Positions 43,946 through 54,619 of a stretch of DNA of 64,000 nt are shown piece by piece. The position numbers and the translations under genes are program-made. The number at the start of each line of letters is the position of its first letter. Positions within the stretch are counted from its first letter, which is position 1. The DNA comes from a virus. The stretch spans positions 64,001-128,000 of IMG/VR virus record IMGVR_UViG_3300009082_000017. The stretch is one strand, 5' to 3'. Under the pieces are notes generated by a model. The model worked only from the letters and a program-made list of their open reading frames with translations. It did no database searches and was not told the DNA's origin.

Positions 43946-45081
43946 TGCAAAAAGGTAATACGTTGAAAGTTCCAGTTACTGGGCAAGTTACAGGCGATGA
44001 AGAAACTGAAGCAATTATAGAAGTTGCAAAATCAAAGCAATATGCTCCTAATAAAAAAGTTGAGCAATTTGAGCATGATTTTGCAAAATTTGTTAAAAAA
44101 AGATATGGTTTATTTGTAAATAGTGGATCTTCTGCTAATTTATTAGCGACAACTGCTTGGGCGAAATATCATGAAAAAGAAACAAAAGCATTGGAATGTA
44201 CTCTTCCTGCTTTAATGTTTCCTACTACCTTGAATCCCTATCTCCAAAATAATTTTACTATAAAATTAATAGACGTAGAAGTTGAAACTCTGCAAGCAAA
44301 AAGCCCAGAAAAACATGGTGTGCATACATTAGGGAATTATGCGGATTTGTCAAATATAGAGGACAGTTGTGACGCCATGCTTCCAGGTCATTACAAGGGA
44401 GAGATACAAACCTTTTCTTTCTTCCCCGCACATTTTTTGTGTACCGGCGAAGGGGGAATGGTCACTACAGATAATCCTGAATTATATAAGTTGATGCGTT
44501 CAATTATGCATTGGGGTAAGGATTGCTGGTGCCCTCTTGGTAGCGACAATACTTGTGGTAAAAGATTTGAACATCAATTTGGAGAAATGCCTTATGGGTA
44601 TGATCATAAATATATTTATACCAATATTGGATATAATTTAGCCAATACTGAAATGGCTGCTGCAATGGGAATTGAACAATTGAAAAAACTTCCTTATTTT
44701 CTTGAAACTAGAAAAAATAATTTTAAGAAATTATATGAAGGATTGTCTAAATTTTCTGATAGCTTTATTCTTCCAAAAACAGTTTTACCAGATACTCCAT
44801 GGTTTGCATTTCCTATTACCGTCAAAAGAGAATCAAAAATTTCAAGACGAGATATGGTAGAATTTCTTAATAATGAAGGTGTTGCTTCAAGACCTATCAT
44901 GGGTGGAAATTTAAAGAGACAACCTGCATATTTAAATATAAAATTTAAGTATGGTGGGATATTAGAAAATTCTGATCTCATCACAGATAATTCATTTTAT
45001 ATTGGTTTATGGCATGGATTGTTCGAAGAACAAATTGAATATAGTATTAATACTATTGAAAGATTTATGGAAATGCAATGA
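43945..45081 (+). CDS. RfbH/DdhC-like NDP-4-keto-6-deoxyglucose 3-dehydratase (DegT family)
   Basis: NSGSSANL, SFFPAHFLCTGEGG (His where aminotransferases have Lys), Fe-S motif DCWC...NTC, YDHKY. Confidence 0.88.
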   Translation: MQKGNTLKVPVTGQVTGDEETEAIIEVAKSKQYAPNKKVEQFEHDFAKFVKKRYGLFVNSGSSANLLATTAWAKYHEKETKALECTLPALMFPTTLNPYLQNNFTIKLIDVEVETLQAKSPEKHGVHTLGNYADLSNIEDSCDAMLPGHYKGEIQTFSFFPAHFLCTGEGGMVTTDNPELYKLMRSIMHWGKDCWCPLGSDNTCGKRFEHQFGEMPYGYDHKYIYTNIGYNLANTEMAAAMGIEQLKKLPYFLETRKNNFKKLYEGLSKFSDSFILPKTVLPDTPWFAFPITVKRESKISRRDMVEFLNNEGVASRPIMGGNLKRQPAYLNIKFKYGGILENSDLITDNSFYIGLWHGLFEEQIEYSINTIERFMEMQ

Positions 45082-45788
45082 AAATATTAGCATTAGGATA
45101 CGGAAAGTTAGGACAAGAAATTGTTAAACAATCTGGTTGGGATTATATTAGCCGAGAAAAAAATAATTTTGATTTCAACAATATAAATTCTTACAATAAA
45201 TATCTTTACAATTATGACACAATAATAAATTGTATAGCAAACACATATACTTATTCTGACGACAAACAATCAATGATCGATACTAACTTCAAAGCAGTTG
45301 TGAACCTAATAGAATTCTCAAATTTGTATAATAAGAAGTTAATCCAAATAGGAACGGATTACATTTATGATGGGTCAGTAGAAAATGCTTCAGAAGAAGA
45401 TATTCCTGTCCATGCAAGAAATTGGTATTCTTATTCAAAACTTTTAATAGATGGATATATACAAAGCTTTTGTGAAAATTATTTATTAATAAGAACATCG
45501 TTCAAGTCCAATCCATTTCCTTATCCAAAAGCAATCACTACGCAAAAAGGTAATTTTGATTATACAGATAAAATTGTTGAAAAAATAATTAACTTAATAA
45601 ACAATAATGCAATCGGTGTTTACAATGTTGGACATAATACACCATGGACTATTTACGAAATGGCTTTAGAAACAAATAAAGATGTTGTACCTTGTGATGA
45701 TATTTTAAATGAATCAATGCCTACAAATATTACAATGAATATGGAGAAGTATAATGAGTTTATTAGAAATCTTAATACCGGTTTATAA
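45078..45788 (+). CDS. RmlD-like NAD-dependent sugar-nucleotide reductase
   Basis: GYGKLG, GTDYIYDG, YSYSK. Confidence 0.8.
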   Translation: MKILALGYGKLGQEIVKQSGWDYISREKNNFDFNNINSYNKYLYNYDTIINCIANTYTYSDDKQSMIDTNFKAVVNLIEFSNLYNKKLIQIGTDYIYDGSVENASEEDIPVHARNWYSYSKLLIDGYIQSFCENYLLIRTSFKSNPFPYPKAITTQKGNFDYTDKIVEKIINLINNNAIGVYNVGHNTPWTIYEMALETNKDVVPCDDILNESMPTNITMNMEKYNEFIRNLNTGL

Positions 45789-46446
45789 TATGCAAGGTAA
45801 GGGACTGGAAATGCTTGCATACAGTTTTAAACAACTTAAGTTGCAGCGTTTTAAAGATTTTAGCGTTCTTATTTCTGATGATTCAGAAGATGAAACAATT
45901 AAAACTTATGTAAGTGGGATCAAAGACCTAGAAATAAAATATGTAAAAAATGAAGGGATGCATAGTATTGCTGGCAATATGAATAATGCCATTAAAAATG
46001 CAACTGGAGAAATTCTTCAAGTAATGTGTCAAGATGATTATTTTTACAATAAAGATTCTTTACAAAAAATTGTAGATAATTTTGATAGGGGTAAGGGTTG
46101 GATGTGTAGTATGTATATGCATACAAAAGACAGGCTAGGGTTATTCAATCAACAAATTCCCAAATGGAATCCTAAGATTTGTTTGGATAATACTTTGGGC
46201 ACACCTTCTTGTTTGTCATTTTTGAACGATAAAGACGTTCCTTTATTGGATGAAAATTTAAAATGGTATGTTGATTGTGACCATTATTATCGGTTATTCA
46301 AAAAATGGGGCGAACCTAAGATTTTGAAAGAATTAATTTTTGTTCAGTTATTATGGGAAGGACAAACGACTCAAGGAATTACTCAAGAAATTGTTAATAC
46401 TGAAGTTGCATATATTAATGATAAGTATGTAGGAGAGTTGGGTTGA
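45754..46446 (+). CDS. glycosyltransferase family 2
   Basis: LIPVYN, ISDDS, QDD. Confidence 0.85.
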   Translation: MSLLEILIPVYNMQGKGLEMLAYSFKQLKLQRFKDFSVLISDDSEDETIKTYVSGIKDLEIKYVKNEGMHSIAGNMNNAIKNATGEILQVMCQDDYFYNKDSLQKIVDNFDRGKGWMCSMYMHTKDRLGLFNQQIPKWNPKICLDNTLGTPSCLSFLNDKDVPLLDENLKWYVDCDHYYRLFKKWGEPKILKELIFVQLLWEGQTTQGITQEIVNTEVAYINDKYVGELG

Positions 46447-47096
46447 AAAAATATTTAAAAGATGTTACTCTCCTTGCATATGATACTCGCCCAGATAAAA
46501 TTGAAGGGACTATTTGGGCACTACAAAAATGTTGTGAGGGATTAGATTTTTATGAGGTTAAGTTGTTGACAGATATAATGCCTGATAATTTACCTGAAAA
46601 TATTAAATTGGAATATGCTCCACACATTAATCATATTAATGATTTTAATTTGTATATGTTCTTAGAGTTAGGGAAACACATAGATAGTTCACATTGTTTG
46701 TATGTACAGGATCATGGGTTTGTTATTTCGCCTCAGATTTGGCGTGATGAGTGGTTAGAATACGATTATATTGGGGCTGGATGGAATTGGATGCCTGATG
46801 CTTATGTTTGTCATGAAACGGGTGAACATGTTCGACAGGGCAATGGGGGATTTTCACTTCGCAGTTCTCAAATTTTAAATTTGCCTAAAGAAAAAGGGTG
46901 GTATTTGAAAGAAGAACAAGGCTGGAAAAATGAAGATGGACAAGTGTGTGTTTATTGGCGCAAAGATATGTTAAAAAATGGAATAAAATATGCCCCTATT
47001 GAAGTTGCATCTGTTTTTTCTTATGAAAAAGATACCCCAGAGAATATGAATATTAAAGAATTTTTCGGATATCATAGAAATATGCCTAGGAGATAA
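46443..47096 (+). CDS. DUF5672-like putative glycosyltransferase
   Basis: YDYIGA.W, GNGGFSLRS, ED, FGYH. Confidence 0.7.
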   Translation: MKKYLKDVTLLAYDTRPDKIEGTIWALQKCCEGLDFYEVKLLTDIMPDNLPENIKLEYAPHINHINDFNLYMFLELGKHIDSSHCLYVQDHGFVISPQIWRDEWLEYDYIGAGWNWMPDAYVCHETGEHVRQGNGGFSLRSSQILNLPKEKGWYLKEEQGWKNEDGQVCVYWRKDMLKNGIKYAPIEVASVFSYEKDTPENMNIKEFFGYHRNMPRR

Positions 47097-47098
47097 TA

Positions 47099-47755
47099 TT
47101 GAATAAACTTTTTATAATTAGTCGATATAATGAAGATTATTCTTGGATAAAAGAATATACTAAAAATTATCTTATTTATAATAAAGGTGATCTAATTTTA
47201 GATGATTCTCACGTTATCAATACCGAAAATATTGGTGGAAATCAACGAGACATATCCAAATTTGCTTTTGAAAATTATAATAATTTACCAGATATTATGA
47301 TATTTATTCAGTCGTTTGTTTGGGATCATTGTAAAAAAGATATTTTTGACAACCTAATCCAAAATACAACATTTACCCCTTTGGAATATTATGGAAGTAT
47401 TCCGGCAAATGGATGGGAACAAAGAGATGAATTTGGAGGGTTCCTTGAGACGAATAATAATTGGTACATTTCTGCACATAATTCAACTTATAATTTAACT
47501 TGCAGATATGAATCTTTTGATCAGTTTATGAATAAATATTTTGAAGACTACCAACATTTAGATTTTATTCGTTTTGCTCCAGGTTCACAATATATCATTA
47601 CACCAAAAGAAATTTTACAATATCCAAAAACATTTTGGAAATGCTTGATGGAAGAATTGACAACAAAAAATTCAACTGAAGCGCACATCGTAGAAAGAAG
47701 TTTATATTATATTCTTAATGGTGATTATAATTTGAGAAAGGATTTTTATGGATAA
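47099..47755 (+). CDS. DUF3431-like protein
   Basis: ISRYNED..W, IYNKG, F.PG.QY, HIVER. Confidence 0.65.
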   Translation: MNKLFIISRYNEDYSWIKEYTKNYLIYNKGDLILDDSHVINTENIGGNQRDISKFAFENYNNLPDIMIFIQSFVWDHCKKDIFDNLIQNTTFTPLEYYGSIPANGWEQRDEFGGFLETNNNWYISAHNSTYNLTCRYESFDQFMNKYFEDYQHLDFIRFAPGSQYIITPKEILQYPKTFWKCLMEELTTKNSTEAHIVERSLYYILNGDYNLRKDFYG

Positions 47756-48683
47756 TTTTTCACAATACAAACCAGGTTTACATAAATTGGTTCATCATTT
47801 AGATCATTTAAAAAAATTACAAAACAGAGAACCATCCTCCCCTTTACATTTATCTGTTTTCCCTACAAATTTTTGCCAATTAGAATGTCCTTATTGTGGA
47901 TTTAGAAAAGTAAAAAGAAATAACACAGAATTATCTTTTGAAGATTTTAGCAAAGCAATTGATGTTTTAGTAAAGTATGGGTTGAAAGCTATGGAACAAT
48001 CAGGTGGTGGTGATCCTCTTTTATGGTCTCATTTTGATAAGGCAACAGAATATGCATATAACAAAGGTTTGAAATTATCACTAGTCACTAATGGATTGGA
48101 ATTAGGTCACATGTCATCAAAAACTTTATCTTTATTTTCTTGGATACGAGTTTCAATACAATCAGAAGCATATGCAAGAAAAATAGATTTGAGTAAAATT
48201 CCAAATAATATAAAAAGAAGTATGTCATTTATTGTTCACGATGAAAAATCTTTTAATGAATTGGATAAAATACATGAATTTGCAAAAGAAAAAAATATTC
48301 TTATTAGGATTGCACCAAATAGACCTTGCGACAAAAGTTGGGCAAATAAAGTAAAAGATAAAGCAGAAAATTTAGGACACCCATTTTTGTTTTTTGAAAA
48401 ATCTAATGAAACTCCTAACGGATGCTACATGGCTTGGATAAGAGCAGCATTAGATTGGGAAGGTAATTTTCTTCCTTGCCCATCAATTGAATTGACACCA
48501 GAATGTGCTGGATATATTCCTGATAATTTTAAATTATGCAAAGTGTCGGAATTGGAAGAATGGATTTTAAATAACCCTGTACACGATTTAGGACATCGTT
48601 GTAAATTCTGCAATTGTGGTAAAGACACAAATGATTTTGTGTATGGGATGCTTCAAGATATAGAGGATGTGGATTTTGTATAA
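47748..48683 (+). CDS. radical SAM protein with C-terminal SPASM/twitch-like cysteines
   Basis: CQLECPYC, SGGGDPL, VTNG, C..C..CKFC. Confidence 0.85.
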   Translation: MDNFSQYKPGLHKLVHHLDHLKKLQNREPSSPLHLSVFPTNFCQLECPYCGFRKVKRNNTELSFEDFSKAIDVLVKYGLKAMEQSGGGDPLLWSHFDKATEYAYNKGLKLSLVTNGLELGHMSSKTLSLFSWIRVSIQSEAYARKIDLSKIPNNIKRSMSFIVHDEKSFNELDKIHEFAKEKNILIRIAPNRPCDKSWANKVKDKAENLGHPFLFFEKSNETPNGCYMAWIRAALDWEGNFLPCPSIELTPECAGYIPDNFKLCKVSELEEWILNNPVHDLGHRCKFCNCGKDTNDFVYGMLQDIEDVDFV

Positions 48684-49314
48684 TATTGATGGGAATTTTT
48701 TTGATAAAGATTATTTTGAAAATGGGAAACAAACCAATAAAAGTTTCTATGAAAATTATCATTGGATGCCTCAAAGAAGTTTTAGAGAAGCGTTAGCTTT
48801 TATTGACTGTTTGCAACTCAATGAAAATTCTTATGTTCTAGAAATTGGCTGTGCGAAAGGTTTTCTTATTCGTGCATTAAGAGAATTAGAAATTAAAGTA
48901 GATGGTGCAGATATCAGCAATTATGCCTTGTCGTTTGCACCGGAAGGATGTTGGAATTGCTCGAATGATTCTTCTTGGGATAACCATGCTAATTTTGGAT
49001 ACACAAATATAATTATCAAAGATATGTTGGAACACTTGAATAAAGAACAATTGGGAATATCTTTAAATAATTTTTCAAAAGTTTCAAATAAAATGATATG
49101 TGTTGTTCCAATTGGAAGCAATGGTAAATATCGAATCCCAGAATATGAATGTGATCAGAGCCACGTCATACGAGAAAACGAGTCATTCTGGTATTGTTTT
49201 TTTGAAATGAATGGTTGGAAAGTTATAAATCATTTTCCACATTTAAAAGGGATAAAAGATAATTGGACTCATTATCCTGATGGCAACCATGTTTTTGTAT
49301 TGGAGTATAAATAA
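48667..49314 (+). CDS. class I SAM-dependent methyltransferase
   Basis: VLEIGCAKG, GADIS, DMLEH. Confidence 0.85.
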   Translation: MWILYNIDGNFFDKDYFENGKQTNKSFYENYHWMPQRSFREALAFIDCLQLNENSYVLEIGCAKGFLIRALRELEIKVDGADISNYALSFAPEGCWNCSNDSSWDNHANFGYTNIIIKDMLEHLNKEQLGISLNNFSKVSNKMICVVPIGSNGKYRIPEYECDQSHVIRENESFWYCFFEMNGWKVINHFPHLKGIKDNWTHYPDGNHVFVLEYK

Positions 49315-50168
49315 TGTTGAGTATTGATTTAACCGGTAACTGCGGAGACCAAATCCTACGCTACTGTATTTGCAGAAGTGTAGCTGAAAAAAACAATTAT
49401 AGGTATGGGATAAATTCAATTACTAGTAATGATTATTATAATGGAAAAGGACAATTATATTTTTTTAAGGGTATTGATTATGGTGAACCTAACAATACAC
49501 CCTTTAGTCAATTGCCCCCAAACACAGACAATGTTTGGGAAGAAAAAAGAGAGTTTTATCAAGGATATAATTTTCATCCTTTCCAACCAGATATTTTTGA
49601 TGTTACACCTAATACTAAATTGATAGTTTATTGTGGACAAGATGCATTCTATCTGGATAAAGAAAAAGTTTCGAAATGGTTAGAGATTAAAGATGAATAT
49701 GCGGAAGAATCTAAAAGGTTATTAGAAGGATCAGAAATTGAATTAAATGAAAATACTTGTGTGATTAATTGTCGTGGTGGAGAATATAAATCAGTTCCAT
49801 CTTTATTTTTAACACATAATTATTGGGACAAAGCAATTGCTTTTATGAAACAAAAAAATCCTAACTTTAAATTTATTGTTGTTACGGAAGATCCAGAATT
49901 TTATAAAACATTTTTTGATGTACCTGTTTATCATTTTAATATTCATACTGATTACTATATTCTTAATAATGCAAAAAATATTATCGCTTCAAATTCTGGG
50001 TTTGGAATATTTCCGATTTGGACTAATAAAAATAATCCATATGTTATCGCCCCTTATTTATGGGCGAATCATAACTACGGTGAGAATGAGGAGTGGGCAA
50101 ATTCGAATATGAGAAGTTGGGATTGTTTTAATTTTATGGATAGGGATGGAGAGTTGTATGACAAATGA
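49314..50168 (+). CDS. GT11-like (alpha-1,2-fucosyltransferase family) glycosyltransferase
   Basis: GNCGDQ, INCRGGEY, VTED, IASNSGF. Confidence 0.75.
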   Translation: MLSIDLTGNCGDQILRYCICRSVAEKNNYRYGINSITSNDYYNGKGQLYFFKGIDYGEPNNTPFSQLPPNTDNVWEEKREFYQGYNFHPFQPDIFDVTPNTKLIVYCGQDAFYLDKEKVSKWLEIKDEYAEESKRLLEGSEIELNENTCVINCRGGEYKSVPSLFLTHNYWDKAIAFMKQKNPNFKFIVVTEDPEFYKTFFDVPVYHFNIHTDYYILNNAKNIIASNSGFGIFPIWTNKNNPYVIAPYLWANHNYGENEEWANSNMRSWDCFNFMDRDGELYDK

Positions 50169-50186
50169 GTTGCATAAGGGCGGAGT

Positions 50187-50906
50187 ATGTTTATTTATAA
50201 AACGACAAACTTAGTTAATGGTAAAATTTATATAGGGCAATCTCAGCACGACATTAGTTTTGATTATTTAGGTTCTGGAGTATTGTTTACAAAAGCTATA
50301 AAAAAATATGGAAAGAAAAATTTTAAAAGAGAAATTTTAGAAGACGGTATTGTTGATATAAAAACATTAAATGATAGAGAAATTTATTGGATAGAATATT
50401 TTCATGCGACGGATATAAATATAGGATATAATATTTCTATAGGAGGATTCGGTACAATAGATCCTACTGGAAGAGTTGCAAAAAGAATATCTGAAGGAAG
50501 AAAAGGGGTTAGGTTATCTGAAGAGTCTAAAAAAATATTATCAGATGCACATCTTGGAATAAGACAAACAGAAGAAAGTAAAGTGAAAATATCAAAAACA
50601 TGCAAAGAGAATATAGAAAAATTTGGTCATCCTCAAGCGGGGATACCTAAACCTGAAGAATTAAAAGAAATTATGCGGAGAAATTCTCAAGGCAAAATTC
50701 GTGGAGGGGCATCCAAATATATAGGTGTTCAAAAAGGAAGAAGAAAAAAGTGGAAATCCCAAATAGTTTATAAGAAAAAGATTTATTATTTGGGAGAATT
50801 TGACGATGAAAAAGATGCGGCAAGAGCATATAATAATAAAGCATTAGAGCTTTATGGGACAACCGCTAGATTAAATATTATAGAAGAGGATGAGAATAAT
50901 GAATAA
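50187..50906 (+). CDS. GIY-YIG homing endonuclease with NUMOD3 and AP2 domains
   Basis: FIYKTTNLVNGKIYIGQS, YLGSG, SEESKKILS repeats, YLGEFDDEKDAARAYN. Confidence 0.88.
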   Translation: MFIYKTTNLVNGKIYIGQSQHDISFDYLGSGVLFTKAIKKYGKKNFKREILEDGIVDIKTLNDREIYWIEYFHATDINIGYNISIGGFGTIDPTGRVAKRISEGRKGVRLSEESKKILSDAHLGIRQTEESKVKISKTCKENIEKFGHPQAGIPKPEELKEIMRRNSQGKIRGGASKYIGVQKGRRKKWKSQIVYKKKIYYLGEFDDEKDAARAYNNKALELYGTTARLNIIEEDENNE

Positions 50907-51636
50907 TTTTAAAATTTATTTTAGAATTTCTAGCAAGGGCAATCCACTTGGACGCACAGAACTTTCTGGTACTGAATTAGATGGAATTACTAGACAAGAT
51001 TGTTTTAATAATTTATTAAGAGTTTTTGGTACAGAGAATTTAATAGTGATTGCAGATAATGCTGACGATGATGTAATATCATTTTTACAATCTAAAGGAA
51101 TAAAAAATATTGATAGAACATATTTTGGGAATACTCTTAGTTTTAGATATATTTTAGATCGAGCAGTTAGTGAATTAGATGAGGATGGCATTGTTTACTT
51201 TTTAGAAGATGACTATGCTCACAATTATAATGCCGAAACAATAATTAGGGAAGGGCTAGAAATTGGGGATTATGTATCCTTATATGACAGCATGGACAAA
51301 TACAAAGATACTGATAAAGGAGGATATAATCCCTTTATTCATAATGGAGGGGAAGATACGAGAGTGATGATTACAGATACTTGTCATTGGAAAATTACAA
51401 ATGCTACGACTATGAGTTTTGCTTCAAAAATAAAAACGTTGCGAGAAGATTATGGTGTAATTACAAAATATTGTCCTAATGGCGCACAGCATCCCATGGA
51501 TTTTTTGATGTTTAGAGAATTGGTTACGCAAAAAAACAGAAAATTAATCAATCCTATCCCTGGATATTCTGCACATATTGGGCTTGAAATGTCACCTTTT
51601 GTTCCATGGATTAAATTATTAAAAGGAGAATTATGA
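50890..51636 (+). CDS. GT-A fold putative glycosyltransferase
   Basis: VIADN, YFLEDDY. Confidence 0.7.
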   Translation: MRIMNNFKIYFRISSKGNPLGRTELSGTELDGITRQDCFNNLLRVFGTENLIVIADNADDDVISFLQSKGIKNIDRTYFGNTLSFRYILDRAVSELDEDGIVYFLEDDYAHNYNAETIIREGLEIGDYVSLYDSMDKYKDTDKGGYNPFIHNGGEDTRVMITDTCHWKITNATTMSFASKIKTLREDYGVITKYCPNGAQHPMDFLMFRELVTQKNRKLINPIPGYSAHIGLEMSPFVPWIKLLKGEL

Positions 51637-52256
51637 GTAAAGATATTGCTATTGAAGTACTTAAATATTTAGATTTTAATGATGGGGTGTACTTTGACGC
51701 AGGCGCGCAAAATGGCGAATTTCAGTCGAACACAGTCATTTTAGAAAGAGCAAAAAATTGGACAGGTATACTTGTGGAACCATCTCCAAAAGCATATAGT
51801 GATTGCTTGAAAAATAGAAGCCAAGAAAAAAATATTATTATTCATGGAGCATTAGTTTCTGCCGATTATGGTAAACCTACTATTATGGGGGATTTCTTTG
51901 GTCATCCTATGAATAGTATTGGTGGTAAAAGATTAAATAATGCAGGTAATTCTGTTATTGAAGTTCCCGCTTATACTATGAATGAAGTTTTGGAAAAATA
52001 TAACGTTGATAAAATTGATTTTCTAAGTTTGGATATCGAAGGGCTAGAATACTGGGTATTGAAAGATTTAAACTTTGATAAATGGGCACCAAAATGGGCA
52101 TTGATTGAATGGAACGAAGGGGAAGATGAATTATTTCCATTTATGAAAAGTAAAGGATATGACTGTGTTGGAAATATTTCTGATTTTAATTTAGTGGACG
52201 ACCCTCAATGGCCTCAAACACACCAAGACTGGCTCTTCAAATTAAAGGATAAATAA
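51633..52256 (+). CDS. FkbM family methyltransferase
   Basis: DAGAQNG..SNT, GILVEP, IDFLSLDIEGLE. Confidence 0.88.
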   Translation: MSKDIAIEVLKYLDFNDGVYFDAGAQNGEFQSNTVILERAKNWTGILVEPSPKAYSDCLKNRSQEKNIIIHGALVSADYGKPTIMGDFFGHPMNSIGGKRLNNAGNSVIEVPAYTMNEVLEKYNVDKIDFLSLDIEGLEYWVLKDLNFDKWAPKWALIEWNEGEDELFPFMKSKGYDCVGNISDFNLVDDPQWPQTHQDWLFKLKDK

Positions 52257-52260
52257 TATT

Positions 52261-53079
52261 ATGTCAAAAGTCTATGACGTTCAAACAGTCTTTAATGAAA
52301 TTGATACATGGATGCTCCGTTTCGAGGTCTTGAATGATTCAGTAGATTATTTTGTAGTTAACGAGGCACCGTTAACTTTTAGTGGCAAACCTAAACCTTT
52401 ATATTTCTGGGAGAATCGTGATAAGTTTGCAAAATTTTCAAACAAAATTATCTACAATGTTTTTGACGAAGAAAAACAAGGTTGGGATCAATGGGATAGG
52501 GATAGAGAACATAAAAATGGAGCGATGAAAGCTCTTGAAGGTGTCGCCAATGATGAAGATATAATTTTCTATTCCGATGCTGACGAAATCTGGAACCCTT
52601 CCAATATCAATTTTGATAATTTTAAAGATGACACTTTATATATTCTATACCAATCGGTATATTATTACTATCTAAATTGCCTTTGGGAAAATACTGTAGA
52701 CCCAACTGCCATTTGGAGAGGGAGCCGTTATAGCTCCTATGGTTTATTAAAAAATCATTCTTTTGATGCTTTTAGAGCATACGATGGGTATTTCTTCCAG
52801 AATCAATTATTTAAAAAAGAATATATTAATAAAGGTGGTTGGCACTTTTCATTCTTAGGAGGCGCTGAGAATATTAAATATAAAATAGATTCTTACGGCC
52901 ATCAAGAACTTAATGTACCTGTTATTAATGATAATGTTCAAAATAATATTGATGCTTTACGAGATCCATTTTTCAGACCAAATTTCAGAATTAGTCCCAT
53001 TGATATAACTTTAGAGACTCATCCTAAATATTTAGTTGATCATTTAAATGAATATAGTAAATATATTTATAAAAGTTAA
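52261..53079 (+). CDS. GT17-like (beta-1,4-GlcNAc transferase family) glycosyltransferase
   Basis: FNEID, TFSGKPKPL, SDADEI, GGWHFSF. Confidence 0.85.
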   Translation: MSKVYDVQTVFNEIDTWMLRFEVLNDSVDYFVVNEAPLTFSGKPKPLYFWENRDKFAKFSNKIIYNVFDEEKQGWDQWDRDREHKNGAMKALEGVANDEDIIFYSDADEIWNPSNINFDNFKDDTLYILYQSVYYYYLNCLWENTVDPTAIWRGSRYSSYGLLKNHSFDAFRAYDGYFFQNQLFKKEYINKGGWHFSFLGGAENIKYKIDSYGHQELNVPVINDNVQNNIDALRDPFFRPNFRISPIDITLETHPKYLVDHLNEYSKYIYKS

Positions 53080-53092
53080 TTTGTTTTAACCC

Positions 53093-53121
53093 TTGACAGA
53101 TTTTAGTTTATGTGTTATAGT
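53093..53121 (+). promoter_or_regulatory. sigma70-type promoter
   Basis: TTGACA-17 bp-TATAGT; upstream TTGTTTTAACCC is shared with the promoter at 57652. Confidence 0.8.
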
Positions 53122-53151
53122 AATAGAAATATATTGGGTTAGGAGGATAAG

Positions 53152-53787
53152 GTGAAATTAGACCAAATTTTTGAATTAGGATATTTAATCAATTTAAAAG
53201 AAAGAGTTGATCGTTGGGAATTATGCGATCATGAGTTCTATAAAATCAATTATTATCCACAACGATTTGAAGCAATTAAAAATGAAGTAGGTAGAGTTGG
53301 ATGCTTTCTTAGTCATTTAGAAATATTAAAAAAAGCACAAAGAGAAAATAAAAATGTTTTAATAATGGAGGATGATGTAGAGTTTGATGAAGATTGCAGA
53401 CAAGTATTGGAAGCGTCTCTAGACGAACTTTGTGATTTAAATTTTGATATGGCTTATTTCGGTGGGAATATTCTCCGTCCATTTTTCCAAGTCACAAAAC
53501 ATTGGGCAAGATTAAGCCATTGCCAATCAACCCATTGTTATAGTATTCATCGAAATTTTTTATCAACAATTATAAATTTTCTTGAAAATAATTCTACTCA
53601 AAAAACAGGATTGGCAATTGATCAATTATATGCAGACTATCTTATTCCTAATTGTAAAGCTTATATTATTATGCCCATAATCGCAAGACAACGTTCGGAT
53701 TTTTCAACTATTGAAAATAGAGAAGTAACTTATGATTTGCCGGTTAAAAGATATTGGCATTATTTGGTGAAAAATGAAAAAGTGTAA
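53152..53787 (+). CDS. GT25 family glycosyltransferase
   Basis: INLKERVDR, GCFLSH, IMEDDV. Confidence 0.85.
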   Translation: MKLDQIFELGYLINLKERVDRWELCDHEFYKINYYPQRFEAIKNEVGRVGCFLSHLEILKKAQRENKNVLIMEDDVEFDEDCRQVLEASLDELCDLNFDMAYFGGNILRPFFQVTKHWARLSHCQSTHCYSIHRNFLSTIINFLENNSTQKTGLAIDQLYADYLIPNCKAYIIMPIIARQRSDFSTIENREVTYDLPVKRYWHYLVKNEKV

Positions 53788-54619
53788 AACAATTATATTC
53801 TCTCGCAATCGTCCTCTTCAATTAACCTTATGCCTTAAAACATTATTAAATCATTGTACGGACATTTTACAACAATCAAACATTACAGTTTTATACAGAA
53901 ATGATGAGGAATATCGGCAGTCTTTTGACAATTTAATGTTGGAATTTCCCCAAATATCGTTCAAAAAGGAGGAAAATTTCAAAAAAGACCTGCTTTCTTT
54001 GCTACCACATGAAAGCAACATTTCATGGGGTAAAAATGAAGGTTTTGTCACTTTTGTTGTCGATGATCAGATTTTCACCGAAGATTTTTCAATGAAAGAA
54101 GTTATTTCAACACTTGTTGAAAATCAGGATTGTATAGGGTTTAGTTTACGTCTTGGCAAAAATTGTGTACGATGTTTCCCTTATGATTGTGAGCAAGCAA
54201 TTCCAAAGACAGAAAAAGTTTCAAAGAATGTTGTAAAATATAATTGGCAAGAAGCAGAGTATGACTTCAATTATTGTTTAGAGTTATCTGCAAGCGTTTA
54301 CAGGGTAAACGACCTTATAGAGATGTTTGAGATTTGCGATTATGACTCACCCAACCACCTCGAATCAATTATGAGTTCGTGTTTTTATAAGGACAAACCA
54401 AACCTTTTAATGTTTGAAAAATCGGCATCCTTCAGTTATCCGATGAATAAGGTTCAAACATCACACCCAAATAGGAGTGGAGATTTCAATCCTGACACTC
54501 TTAGATTAATTTATGAAAAGGGTGGAAGATTTGAAAATAAGCAATTTGATGGTTATATTAGTAATGGAGCACATGAGATTCCAGAAAGTATAAATTTGGT
54601 GGACACATATGGCAAATGA
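53774..54619 (+). CDS. GT-A fold putative glycosyltransferase containing an in-frame dyad site
   Basis: FSRNRPLQL, FVVDD, FSLRLG; dyad at 54005-54030. Confidence 0.7.
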   Translation: MKKCKTIIFSRNRPLQLTLCLKTLLNHCTDILQQSNITVLYRNDEEYRQSFDNLMLEFPQISFKKEENFKKDLLSLLPHESNISWGKNEGFVTFVVDDQIFTEDFSMKEVISTLVENQDCIGFSLRLGKNCVRCFPYDCEQAIPKTEKVSKNVVKYNWQEAEYDFNYCLELSASVYRVNDLIEMFEICDYDSPNHLESIMSSCFYKDKPNLLMFEKSASFSYPMNKVQTSHPNRSGDFNPDTLRLIYEKGGRFENKQFDGYISNGAHEIPESINLVDTYGK

